Of a stretch of DNA of 24,345 nt, positions 13,847-21,567 are shown one piece after another. How positions within the stretch are numbered: position 1 is the first letter of the stretch; the number at the start of each line of letters is the position of its first letter. The notes under the pieces were generated by a model. That model searched no databases. It saw nothing but the letters and a program-made list of their open reading frames with translations, and was not told the origin of the DNA. This DNA is from Acutalibacteraceae bacterium (GTDB lineage: Bacteria; Bacillota; Clostridia; Oscillospirales; Acutalibacteraceae), in contig JAZUQA010000010.1 of NCBI GenBank assembly GCA_045605425.1, forward strand, positions 1 to 24,345, in the 5' to 3' direction. Made by a program: the position numbers and the translations under genes.

Positions 13847-14764
13847 ATGAGTAAAAAGAATAGTGCAAAAAAGGTTATCGGTTTAGTGTTTTCTGTTGTT
13901 GTTATTGCGGTTGTAGCTGCAGTTTTCAATATTTCACGTTTTACGTTCCTGCCTGAAGGCTTAAGGGCAAGTGTTAGCGGCTTTGTTGATACATATTTTT
14001 CAAATGCATCTGCTGTAATCAGCCTTAAATCAGTCGGCGCAGCGTTGCTTTCACTTGTTGCTGCCTTTGTTGTCGGCTATGTTGTTAAGTTTATTATAAA
14101 CGCAATTAAACTGAAGAATAACCGTTCACAGACGCTTCTTCAGCTTTTCGGCAAGTTCCTGGTTTATGCAATTTATATTGCCGGTATCGTTGTTGCTCTT
14201 GGCTGCTTCGGGATTGATACAACAGCAATTCTTGTCGGCGCAGGTGTGGTAGGTATTGTTGTCGGCTTTGGCGCACAGTCACTTGTTGAGGATATTATTA
14301 CAGGCTTGTTTATCGTTCTTGAAGGTGAGTTTGTTATCGGCGATATTATTACTATTGACGGATTTCGTGGTGAGGTTAAATCAATCGGTCTGCGTACAGT
14401 CAGCATTGAAGACCTTGGCGGCAATGTCCGTATTATCAACAACAGCGAAATCGGCTCTCTTGTTAACCTTTCCGATAACGTATCGGTTGCTGTTGTTAAT
14501 GTGCCTGTAAGCTATGATGATGAGCTTAAGGTTGCTGAGGCGGCAGTACAGGAGGCTCTTTCAGAACTTCCGAGCGAATATCCCGATATTTTCAAGGAAG
14601 CTCCGGTTTATAAGGGTGTTGATACGCTTGCCGAAACACATATTGAGCTTATGGTTGTTGCAAACGTTGCTGAAGAGAATATCTATAACGCACGCAGGAT
14701 TATGCAGCGTGAAATCCGCTATTCCTGTGAAAAGGCAAAACTGAATAAACCGTGTAACGATTGA
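13847..14764 (+). CDS. Small-conductance mechanosensitive channel (MscS family)
   Basis: Three N-terminal TM helices are followed by the MscS signature region ...GVVGIVVGFGAQSLVEDIITGLFIVLEGEFVIGDIITIDGFRGEVKSIGLRTVSIEDLGGNVRIINNSEI.... Confidence 0.85.
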   Translation: MSKKNSAKKVIGLVFSVVVIAVVAAVFNISRFTFLPEGLRASVSGFVDTYFSNASAVISLKSVGAALLSLVAAFVVGYVVKFIINAIKLKNNRSQTLLQLFGKFLVYAIYIAGIVVALGCFGIDTTAILVGAGVVGIVVGFGAQSLVEDIITGLFIVLEGEFVIGDIITIDGFRGEVKSIGLRTVSIEDLGGNVRIINNSEIGSLVNLSDNVSVAVVNVPVSYDDELKVAEAAVQEALSELPSEYPDIFKEAPVYKGVDTLAETHIELMVVANVAEENIYNARRIMQREIRYSCEKAKLNKPCND

Positions 14765-14787
14765 TTAAATTAATGGAGCGATATCTT

Positions 14788-15291
14788 ATGGCTAAAATAT
14801 ATAATGAGCATGAAATCAGAAAAGATTACCATATGCTTACAAAAAAGCTTATTGAAAATAATATTTCAATCACCACAATGGAAAGCTGCACATCGGGTCA
14901 GCTTGCCTCGTTGATAAGCGATACCGAAGGTGCATCGGGAATAATGAAGGGTGCATTTGTTACATACAGCAACGAGGCGAAAATCAAACAGGGCGTACCG
15001 GAAGAAATTATTGATAAATATTCCGTGTATTCTTCTCAGACCGCAAAAGCAATGGCGCAGGCGTGCAGTAAAACCTATAATGCCGATATTGGTATCGGAG
15101 TAACCGGTTCAATGGGTAATGTTGACCCGGCAAATGCGGCGGCTTCCGTGCCCGGTCAGGTCTGGTTTGCTTTCTGTATTAACGGCGAGATGTTCGAGTA
15201 TTATATTGAACTTGAACCTCAACCGACACGCTTTGAATATAAGATGGCTGTTGCCAAGGAAATAGTTGACGAGCTAAATAAGCTCATATAA
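14788..15291 (+). CDS. pncC: CinA C-terminal-domain / PncC-family nicotinamide-nucleotide amidohydrolase
   Basis: GGAG lies 9 nt upstream of ATG 14788; the ORF track starts at TTG 14761. The protein contains ...ISITTMESCTSGQLASLISDTEGAS..FKGAFVTYSNEAK...IGIGVTGSMG..., the standalone CinA/PncC (COG1546) pattern, and is about 167 aa. Confidence 0.75.
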   Translation: MAKIYNEHEIRKDYHMLTKKLIENNISITTMESCTSGQLASLISDTEGASGIMKGAFVTYSNEAKIKQGVPEEIIDKYSVYSSQTAKAMAQACSKTYNADIGIGVTGSMGNVDPANAAASVPGQVWFAFCINGEMFEYYIELEPQPTRFEYKMAVAKEIVDELNKLI

Positions 15292-15312
15292 ATGATCTTT
15301 GAGGAGAAGTCT

Positions 15313-15654
15313 ATGTTAAAACCGGTTACAAAGGATTATTCGGACCGCTCAACTTTAAAAGAATTTGAATTTGAATTTTATTGTGATTGCTGTAAAAAAG
15401 CAATTAAAACTCCGATAATTGAATTTAACTCCGGGTTTAAAGGAAAGTTTTTAAGCAAGGAAGTTAAAAAGGCGAGAGACATTATTTATGCAGCAGACCA
15501 CAGCAGTGCTTTTGAAAGAGCAAATATTGAAGCTTTATATGAGCTGAACAGATGTGAAATCTGCGGAGATATGGTTTGTGATGACTGTACTGTTTACGGT
15601 GAAAATTTAAACGGAGGATTTTGCTGCAAAAAGTGTGCAAAGAGTGAAGGATAG
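15313..15654 (+). CDS. Small Cys-rich hypothetical protein (probable zinc-binding)
   Basis: RBS GAGGAG lies 6 nt upstream of ATG 15313. It contains YCDCCKK and a C-terminal CEICGDMVCDDC...GGFCCKKC cluster. I recognise no family. Confidence 0.55.
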   Translation: MLKPVTKDYSDRSTLKEFEFEFYCDCCKKAIKTPIIEFNSGFKGKFLSKEVKKARDIIYAADHSSAFERANIEALYELNRCEICGDMVCDDCTVYGENLNGGFCCKKCAKSEG

Positions 15655-15658
15655 AAAT

Positions 15659-17125
15659 ATGAATAAATTTAAAAAACTTACAATTCTGCATTCTAACGAT
15701 TTGCATGGTGATTTCCTTGCAGAAAATGTAAATGATGACCTTATCGGCGGAGTCAGTATGCTTTCGGGATATGTCAATAAGGTCAGAAATGAAGTACCGA
15801 ATACGCTTTACTGCATTGCCGGTGATATGTTCAGAGGCTCTGTAATTGACTCCGAATTCAAGGGTACGAGCACAATAGAAATAATGAACGCTATTGCGCC
15901 CGATGTAGTTACGCTTGGCAACCACGAAACAGATTACGGAATAGCTCATCTTCTCTTCCTTGAAAAATGTGCTAAGTTTCCGATAATAAATGCAAATCTC
16001 TATATTAAATCCAATTCTGTCCGCCTTTTTAAGCCGCATAAAGTGCTTGAGGTGGACGGAATGAAGATTCTGTTTATCGGCATTATCACCGAAAGTGTTA
16101 TGAAGCAGGCGAGAAACGAGGGTCTTGTTGGCAGTTTTCTTGATGTACACGAGGCTGCCGAAGAAGTCGGCAGAATATGCGATGCATATAACGCAACTGA
16201 TATTGACCTGACTGTTCTGCTCACGCATATAGGCTTTGAAGAGGATAAACAGCTTGCCGCTATGCTTGACCCTGCGTGGGGTGTTGATATTATTATCGGC
16301 GGTCACTCCCATACTTTTATAGAAAACCCTGAAATTGTCAACAATATTGCCGTTGTACAGGCGGGAATAGGTACGGACCAGATAGGAAGATTTGACCTGA
16401 CAATTGATACGGATAATAACTGCCTGAATGATTTTGAATGGCGGTATGTAAAAGTCTGCCCTGAAAACTGCCCGAATGATGAGGCTATTGATAAAATTCT
16501 TGCATCTTATAAGAACGTAACTGATGTCAAGTATAGCCGTGTTATAACCCGTCTTAAAAGAAAGCTTACTCATCCCGGACGATATATGGAAACTGAACTT
16601 GGCGATTTGTTCTGCGATATTCTTGCCGAAAGTCTTGCTCTTGATGTGATGCTGCTCGCATCGGGTGCTATCAGAAATGATTCACTCGGACCTGTTGTTC
16701 AGGTTTCTGACCTTGCGGAGTGTTTCCCTTACGACGGGGACGTAAGACTGCTTTATATAACCGGTAAGCAATTAAAAGCAATGTTTACTTATGTGTTCCG
16801 GGACGAAGTATGGCAGGGGGGCGCAAGCGGATTCTTCCAGATTTCAAAACGTCTGCGTGTCAAGTATGACGTAAAGCAAAGAAAAATTTCAGATTTTACT
16901 TTTGACGGTGAACCGATTGAGGATGATAGGCTTTATAAAGTCGGTATGCAGCAGTTTCATTACAGAAGCTTTCAAAAATATTTCAATTTCCCGCTGAGCG
17001 AAATTGAGGAAAACCATCCGACCAGGGTGGTTGCAACTTCAGCGCGTGTTGTGATTGAGGAGCGTTTGTCTGAATGTCAGAACATTGATAAGGAAATTGA
17101 CGGAAGAATTATTATAAAAGAATAA
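15659..17125 (+). CDS. Cytoplasmic bifunctional metallophosphatase / 5'-nucleotidase-family protein (paralogue 1)
   Basis: ATG 15659 gives MNKFKKLTILHSNDLHGD. Motifs are present: GDMFRGS, GNHETDYG, LTHIGFEEDK and GGHSHT. The C-terminal 5'-nucleotidase substrate-binding domain is present. There is no signal peptide. Confidence 0.85.
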   Translation: MNKFKKLTILHSNDLHGDFLAENVNDDLIGGVSMLSGYVNKVRNEVPNTLYCIAGDMFRGSVIDSEFKGTSTIEIMNAIAPDVVTLGNHETDYGIAHLLFLEKCAKFPIINANLYIKSNSVRLFKPHKVLEVDGMKILFIGIITESVMKQARNEGLVGSFLDVHEAAEEVGRICDAYNATDIDLTVLLTHIGFEEDKQLAAMLDPAWGVDIIIGGHSHTFIENPEIVNNIAVVQAGIGTDQIGRFDLTIDTDNNCLNDFEWRYVKVCPENCPNDEAIDKILASYKNVTDVKYSRVITRLKRKLTHPGRYMETELGDLFCDILAESLALDVMLLASGAIRNDSLGPVVQVSDLAECFPYDGDVRLLYITGKQLKAMFTYVFRDEVWQGGASGFFQISKRLRVKYDVKQRKISDFTFDGEPIEDDRLYKVGMQQFHYRSFQKYFNFPLSEIEENHPTRVVATSARVVIEERLSECQNIDKEIDGRIIIKE

Positions 17126-17130
17126 GTAAA

Positions 17131-17176
17131 AGAGCTGATTTTTTTAACTTTTTTGTTAAAAATCAGCTCTTTTTTA
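17131..17176 (+). terminator. Intrinsic terminator: 13-bp stem AGAGCTGATTTTT / AAAAATCAGCTCT followed by T5
   Basis: Long perfect stem 6 nt after the stop at 17125, followed by TTTTTT. It is flanked by A-runs, so it is potentially bidirectional. Confidence 0.8.
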
Positions 17177-17177
17177 T

Positions 17178-17233
17178 AAAAGTTTGCACTAAAGTACGGT
17201 GTGCGGGGGATTTTAAGTTGATATAATTATAAT
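17178..17233 (+). promoter_or_regulatory. Box C: the 28-nt element (17178-17205) plus an extended -10 TGaTATAAT (17219-17227) overlapping TATAAT (17228-17233)
   Basis: Exact 28-mer with the same 22-nt spacing to TATAAT as copies A and B. It lies upstream of the gene at 17265. Confidence 0.75.
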
Positions 17234-17264
17234 GTAAAGCTATAAAAATAAGGAGAACTGATTT

Positions 17265-18728
17265 ATGAAAAATTTAAAAAAGCTTACAATTCTTCACTCC
17301 AATGACCTTCACGGAGATTTCCTTGCGGAAAATATTGACGACAATCTTGTCGGCGGCGTTTCAATGCTTTCCGGTTATGTGGATAAGGTAAGAAACGAAG
17401 AGAAAAACACAATTTACTGTATCGCAGGCGATATGTTCAGAGGCTCTGTTATCGACTCAGAGTATAAAGGCATTTCAACAATCGAGATTATGAATATGCT
17501 TTCACCTGATGTTGTAACAATCGGTAACCATGAAACAGATTACGGCATTGCACACCTTCTCTTCATCGAAAAGTGCGCTAAATTCCCGATTATCAATGCT
17601 AATTTACATATCAAAACAAACGGCGCAAGACTTTTTAAGCCCCATTATATAGCTGAAATTGACGGTATGAAGGTGCTGTTTATCGGTCTTATCACTGAAG
17701 AAGTTCTTTCACAGACCAAGAATGATGGCATTATCGGTACTTTCGTTGACATTGATGAGGCTGCTGCTGAGGTCGGTAAAATATGTAACTCATATAATGC
17801 AACAGATATTGATTTTACGGTTCTTCTTACACACATCGGCTTTGAAGAGGATAAGAAGCTTGCTGCTTTGTTAGACCCTGCTTGGGGTGTTGATATTATT
17901 GTCGGCGGTCACTCTCATACATTCATTGATGAGCCTGCTGTTGTCAACGATATCGTTATTGTTCAGGCCGGTACAGGTACTGACCAGATAGGTCGATTTG
18001 ATATTATGGTTGATACAGACAACAACTGTATTGACAGCTACACATGGAAGAGTGTTCCGATAAATGCCGAGCATTGTCCCAAAGACGAGGCTTTGGAGAA
18101 TATTCTTAAGCATTATAAAGAGAAGACTGACGAAAAATACGGCAGACTTGTTACACGCTTCAAGAAAAAGCTTACTCACCCTGAGAGAACGAGGGAAACT
18201 GCACTTGGCGGTCTGTTCTCCGATATTATGCGTGAGAGTCTGGGCCTTGATATTATGCTTCTCGGCTCGGGTAGTGTCAGAAGCACTCAGCTTGGTCCGA
18301 TTGTCCTTTTCGCCGACCTTTGCGAATGCTTCCCGTATGATGATGCTTGCTATATGATCAAGGTTACGGGTGAGCAGTTCAAAAGGATGATAAAGCATAT
18401 GGTCCGTGATGGCGTATGGCAGGGTGAACATTGTGAGTTCTATCAGCTTTCAACGGGCTTACGTGTTGAGTATGACAGAGCAACACACACCTTTACACGC
18501 TTTGATATTAACGGCGAGCCTATGGATGACGAGAAGATTTACAAAGTAGGACTCCAGCAGTTCCATTACAATAATCTTGATGACTTCTTCAATATTCCCT
18601 TTGACGAAATTAAAGCTAACGGTGCTCCTGTTATGGTTTCAACATCATGCCGCAGTATATTTGATGAATACCTTTCAACTCATCAGAATCTTGACCGTGA
18701 TATTACAGGCAGACTTGTTATCAACTGA
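17265..18728 (+). CDS. Cytoplasmic bifunctional metallophosphatase / 5'-nucleotidase-family protein (paralogue 2)
   Basis: RBS AAGGAGA. It starts MKNLKKLTILHSNDLHGD and has the same metallophosphatase motifs as 15659-17125. By eye it is very similar in the N-terminal half and clearly more diverged in the C-terminal half. Confidence 0.85.
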   Translation: MKNLKKLTILHSNDLHGDFLAENIDDNLVGGVSMLSGYVDKVRNEEKNTIYCIAGDMFRGSVIDSEYKGISTIEIMNMLSPDVVTIGNHETDYGIAHLLFIEKCAKFPIINANLHIKTNGARLFKPHYIAEIDGMKVLFIGLITEEVLSQTKNDGIIGTFVDIDEAAAEVGKICNSYNATDIDFTVLLTHIGFEEDKKLAALLDPAWGVDIIVGGHSHTFIDEPAVVNDIVIVQAGTGTDQIGRFDIMVDTDNNCIDSYTWKSVPINAEHCPKDEALENILKHYKEKTDEKYGRLVTRFKKKLTHPERTRETALGGLFSDIMRESLGLDIMLLGSGSVRSTQLGPIVLFADLCECFPYDDACYMIKVTGEQFKRMIKHMVRDGVWQGEHCEFYQLSTGLRVEYDRATHTFTRFDINGEPMDDEKIYKVGLQQFHYNNLDDFFNIPFDEIKANGAPVMVSTSCRSIFDEYLSTHQNLDRDITGRLVIN

Positions 18729-18745
18729 TTTAAGGCGGTATTTAT

Positions 18746-19027
18746 ATGAAGAAAAGGCCACGGGTTAACGGCGGATTTTTTGCTGCACTCGGAATAAATC
18801 TTATTTTTGACCTTGAATGGACAATTCCTGCTTGGATTCTGCTTGTGGTTCATTTCATATTCAAAATATCAATCTGGTGGTTTTTCGGTGCTTTACTTGT
18901 GTGGGTTATAGGCGTTGCAATTAAAACAGCAGTCTTTTCGTGGCTCATAAGAGAGGGTAACCGACCTGACCCGCCTAAAGAAAACAAAAATCCTTATTCT
19001 TCAACTGAATATAAACCGAATAAATGA
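18746..19027 (+). CDS. Small hypothetical membrane protein (2-3 TM helices)
   Basis: Starts 18 nt after the upstream stop. Hydrophobic segments are GFFAALGINLIF, IPAWILLVVHFIF and WWFFGALLVWVIGVAI. The C-tail is basic and Pro-rich. Confidence 0.55.
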   Translation: MKKRPRVNGGFFAALGINLIFDLEWTIPAWILLVVHFIFKISIWWFFGALLVWVIGVAIKTAVFSWLIREGNRPDPPKENKNPYSSTEYKPNK

Positions 19028-19040
19028 GGAGGTAATGCCA

Positions 19041-20126
19041 ATGAAAAAATTAACAGCCGTTATACTTGCTCTGATTATGATGCTTACATTTGCAGCCTGC
19101 GGCGGCAAGGATAAGGCTGAAACAACAACCGAAGCTCCTTCGCAGACCGAAGAATCAAAAACAAAAGATAACAGCTCTGCAAACGACAAAGGCGGAAATA
19201 AAGAGGATGATGGCGGCGATTTGCTGATGACTCTTTATATTGACAGTGCTTCTGAAGATTATCAGAGCCTGAAGGGCAAAATCGAAACCATAAACACGGG
19301 CATAGACCCTCAGACTTCAGCCGGCTGTTTCAGGTTTATTTCGCCAAAAAACGGTGTTAAGGTCAGACTTGAAGCAATTATGTGGTCACCGATTGTTGAT
19401 GAGTTTGAGGTAACCGAAACAATATTCGAAATCTCAACCGATAAAGGCAGGATTTACGAATTTGACTGCTACGTAACCGAAACAATTCCCGATTACAGAA
19501 TTGTTGCCGAGTACGGTGAAATGAACGCCGACTATTATCTGGCTATGGATGGCTATGAGGTTGTTACAAAGCTGCTGATGGTTGACGAAGGCTTTGCCCC
19601 CGAAGAAATAACCGAAGATTCACCCTTCTATAACCTCTGCGTTGCCCGTGCGACATCGGATGTGTTTTACAATGACAGGCATGTGAAATATGAACCTCCC
19701 GTTGTGTGGGACACTATTGCTTACGCAGTAACGCTCAATGAGTTCAAAATGAACGGCACGGAAGACTATGTCAATATGATTGGTCTTTCCGAATGGGAGG
19801 CGGATGCTTATTTCAGTACCCTTTATCCCACACTTATTGAAAGTGATACGGAGCTTCCCGAAAACGGCAACGTTGTGGCAGCCCACTTCAGCACCGGTGA
19901 AAAATATCTTGTTCAGCCGTATGCTTTTGAACGCTTCAGTACCAACGAATTCTACGGCGTAGAAGATAACGGCGACGGAACGTATTCCGTTAAAATCAGG
20001 ATTGATGATTACAGATATGAGGGCTATGAGGAATTTGGTCTTGCGGTAATCGTTAAACCCGATGCAAATAATCCTTTCGGCTACGTAATCACTGAAGTTG
20101 TTGATTGCGATTTGCCTGTAGGATAA
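19041..20126 (+). CDS. Hypothetical lipoprotein
   Basis: RBS GAGGAGG (19026-19032) favours ATG 19041. MKKLTAVILALIMMLTFAACGG has a lipobox-like FAAC, followed by a Ser/Thr/Glu/Lys-rich linker. I recognise no family in the remainder. Confidence 0.65.
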   Translation: MKKLTAVILALIMMLTFAACGGKDKAETTTEAPSQTEESKTKDNSSANDKGGNKEDDGGDLLMTLYIDSASEDYQSLKGKIETINTGIDPQTSAGCFRFISPKNGVKVRLEAIMWSPIVDEFEVTETIFEISTDKGRIYEFDCYVTETIPDYRIVAEYGEMNADYYLAMDGYEVVTKLLMVDEGFAPEEITEDSPFYNLCVARATSDVFYNDRHVKYEPPVVWDTIAYAVTLNEFKMNGTEDYVNMIGLSEWEADAYFSTLYPTLIESDTELPENGNVVAAHFSTGEKYLVQPYAFERFSTNEFYGVEDNGDGTYSVKIRIDDYRYEGYEEFGLAVIVKPDANNPFGYVITEVVDCDLPVG

Positions 20127-20167
20127 AAAGTAATTAATAAATGAATTTCTGAAAGGAGAAATTTTAT

Positions 20168-21523
20168 ATGGGACTTATTAAAGCAGGAATAGGAGCACTC
20201 GGCGGTGTACTTGCTGACCAGTGGAAGGAATTTTTCTACTGTGATTCGCTTGAAAACGACGTGCTTATGGTTAAAGGACAGAAGCGAGTAGGCGGACGTT
20301 CTTCCAACACAAGAGGCAGTGATAACATTATCTCCAACGGCTCGGGTATTGCTGTTGCTGACGGTCAGTGTATGATTATCGTCGAGCAAGGTAAGGTTGT
20401 TGAGGTTTGTGCAGAACCTGGTGAATTTACCTATGATTCTTCAACAGAGCCTTCAATCTTCTCCGGTAAGCTTGGCGACACAATCAAGGAAACCTTCAAG
20501 CAGGTCGGTAAGAGATTTACATACGGCGGTGATACCGGCAAGGACCAGAGAGTTTATTATTTCAACACAAAGGAAATTCTCGATAACAAGTTCGGCACAC
20601 CCAATCCCTTTATGTTTGAGGTTGCCAACAAAAGACTTGGTATGTACCGTTCCGTACAGGTAAGATGTAACGGTGTATATTCCTACAGAATTACAGACCC
20701 GCTTCTTTTCTATACAAAGATTGCAGGTAATGTGGGCGATGAATACAGAAGAGAAGAAATTGACAATCAGCTCAAAACAGAGTTTATTTCGGCTCTTCAG
20801 CCTGCATTCGCAATGCTTACAGAGCTTGAGCTTCGCCCTGCACAGATTCCTGCGCACACAACTGAGCTCAAGGATGCTCTCAATAAGGCTCTTGCTGTTG
20901 ACTGGACAGACCGCAGAGGTATCTCCGTTGAATCCATTGCTCTTAATCCGATTACTCTTACTCCCGAAGATATGCAGAAGATTAATCAGATGGAAGATGC
21001 TGCAACAATAGGCTCAAATCCGTTTATGATGGCAGGCAGAATGACAGATGCACAGGCAAACGCAATGGAGGCTGCTGCCAACAATCCCAACGGAGCAATG
21101 ATGGGCTTTATGGGAATGAATATGGCAATGGGCGCCAACGGCGGCTTCAACGCTGCACAGATGTATCAGGCAGGCATGCAGCAACAGCAGCAAATGGCAC
21201 AACAGCAGGCTGCACCCGCACCTGCACCTGCACAGGCAGCTCCTGCAGCACCTGCAACGGGATGGAAATGTGCTTGCGGTGCAACCGTAAGCGGTAACTT
21301 CTGCACAGAGTGCGGAGCAAAGAAGCCTGCAGAAGAAGGCTGGACCTGTTCATGCGGTGCAGTGAATAAAGGTAAGTTCTGCCCCAACTGTGGCGGCAAA
21401 AAGCCTGCAGGCGCACCTCTTTACCAATGTGACAAGTGCGGCTGGAAGCCAGAAGACCCCCACAATCCTCCGAAGTTCTGCCCCGAATGCGGTGACATCT
21501 TCGACGAAAGCGACGCAAAATAA
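20168..21523 (+). CDS. SPFH-domain protein of the YdjI / COG4260 type with a low-complexity linker and three C-terminal zinc ribbons
   Basis: RBS AAGGAG. The N-terminus MGLIKAGIGALGGVLADQWKEFFYCDSL...NIISNGSGIAVADGQCMIIVEQGKVVEVCAEPGEF is the characteristic start of COG4260 SPFH proteins. The linker reads ...GMQQQQQMAQQQAAPAPAPAQAAPAAPA. The ribbons are WKCACGATVSGNFCTECG, WTCSCGAVNKGKFCPNCG and YQCDKCGW...KFCPECG. Confidence 0.8.
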   Translation: MGLIKAGIGALGGVLADQWKEFFYCDSLENDVLMVKGQKRVGGRSSNTRGSDNIISNGSGIAVADGQCMIIVEQGKVVEVCAEPGEFTYDSSTEPSIFSGKLGDTIKETFKQVGKRFTYGGDTGKDQRVYYFNTKEILDNKFGTPNPFMFEVANKRLGMYRSVQVRCNGVYSYRITDPLLFYTKIAGNVGDEYRREEIDNQLKTEFISALQPAFAMLTELELRPAQIPAHTTELKDALNKALAVDWTDRRGISVESIALNPITLTPEDMQKINQMEDAATIGSNPFMMAGRMTDAQANAMEAAANNPNGAMMGFMGMNMAMGANGGFNAAQMYQAGMQQQQQMAQQQAAPAPAPAQAAPAAPATGWKCACGATVSGNFCTECGAKKPAEEGWTCSCGAVNKGKFCPNCGGKKPAGAPLYQCDKCGWKPEDPHNPPKFCPECGDIFDESDAK

Positions 21524-21567
21524 TTTAACAAAAAATATAATTATAATTTTTAAAGGAGATTTTTATT

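Noticed and set aside
15482-16573. 363-aa minus-strand ORF, the longest antisense ORF in the window
   Set aside because: It lies entirely antisense to the 5'-nucleotidase gene, which has clear metallophosphatase motifs. Its translation is low-complexity (I/K/F/Y/N-rich) with no recognisable motif or RBS, so it is a shadow ORF of AT-rich coding DNA. The same applies to 17871..18431 (-), 10614..11297 (-), 11731..12189 (-) and 3451..3777 (-).
15659-18728. The 5'-nucleotidase paralogues as secreted or cell-wall nucleotide scavengers (UshA/YfkN-like)
   Set aside because: Both begin M(N/K)(K/N)(F/L)KKLTILHSNDLHGD, so the first metallophosphatase motif starts at residue ~10. That leaves no room for a signal peptide or lipobox, and there is no C-terminal LPXTG.
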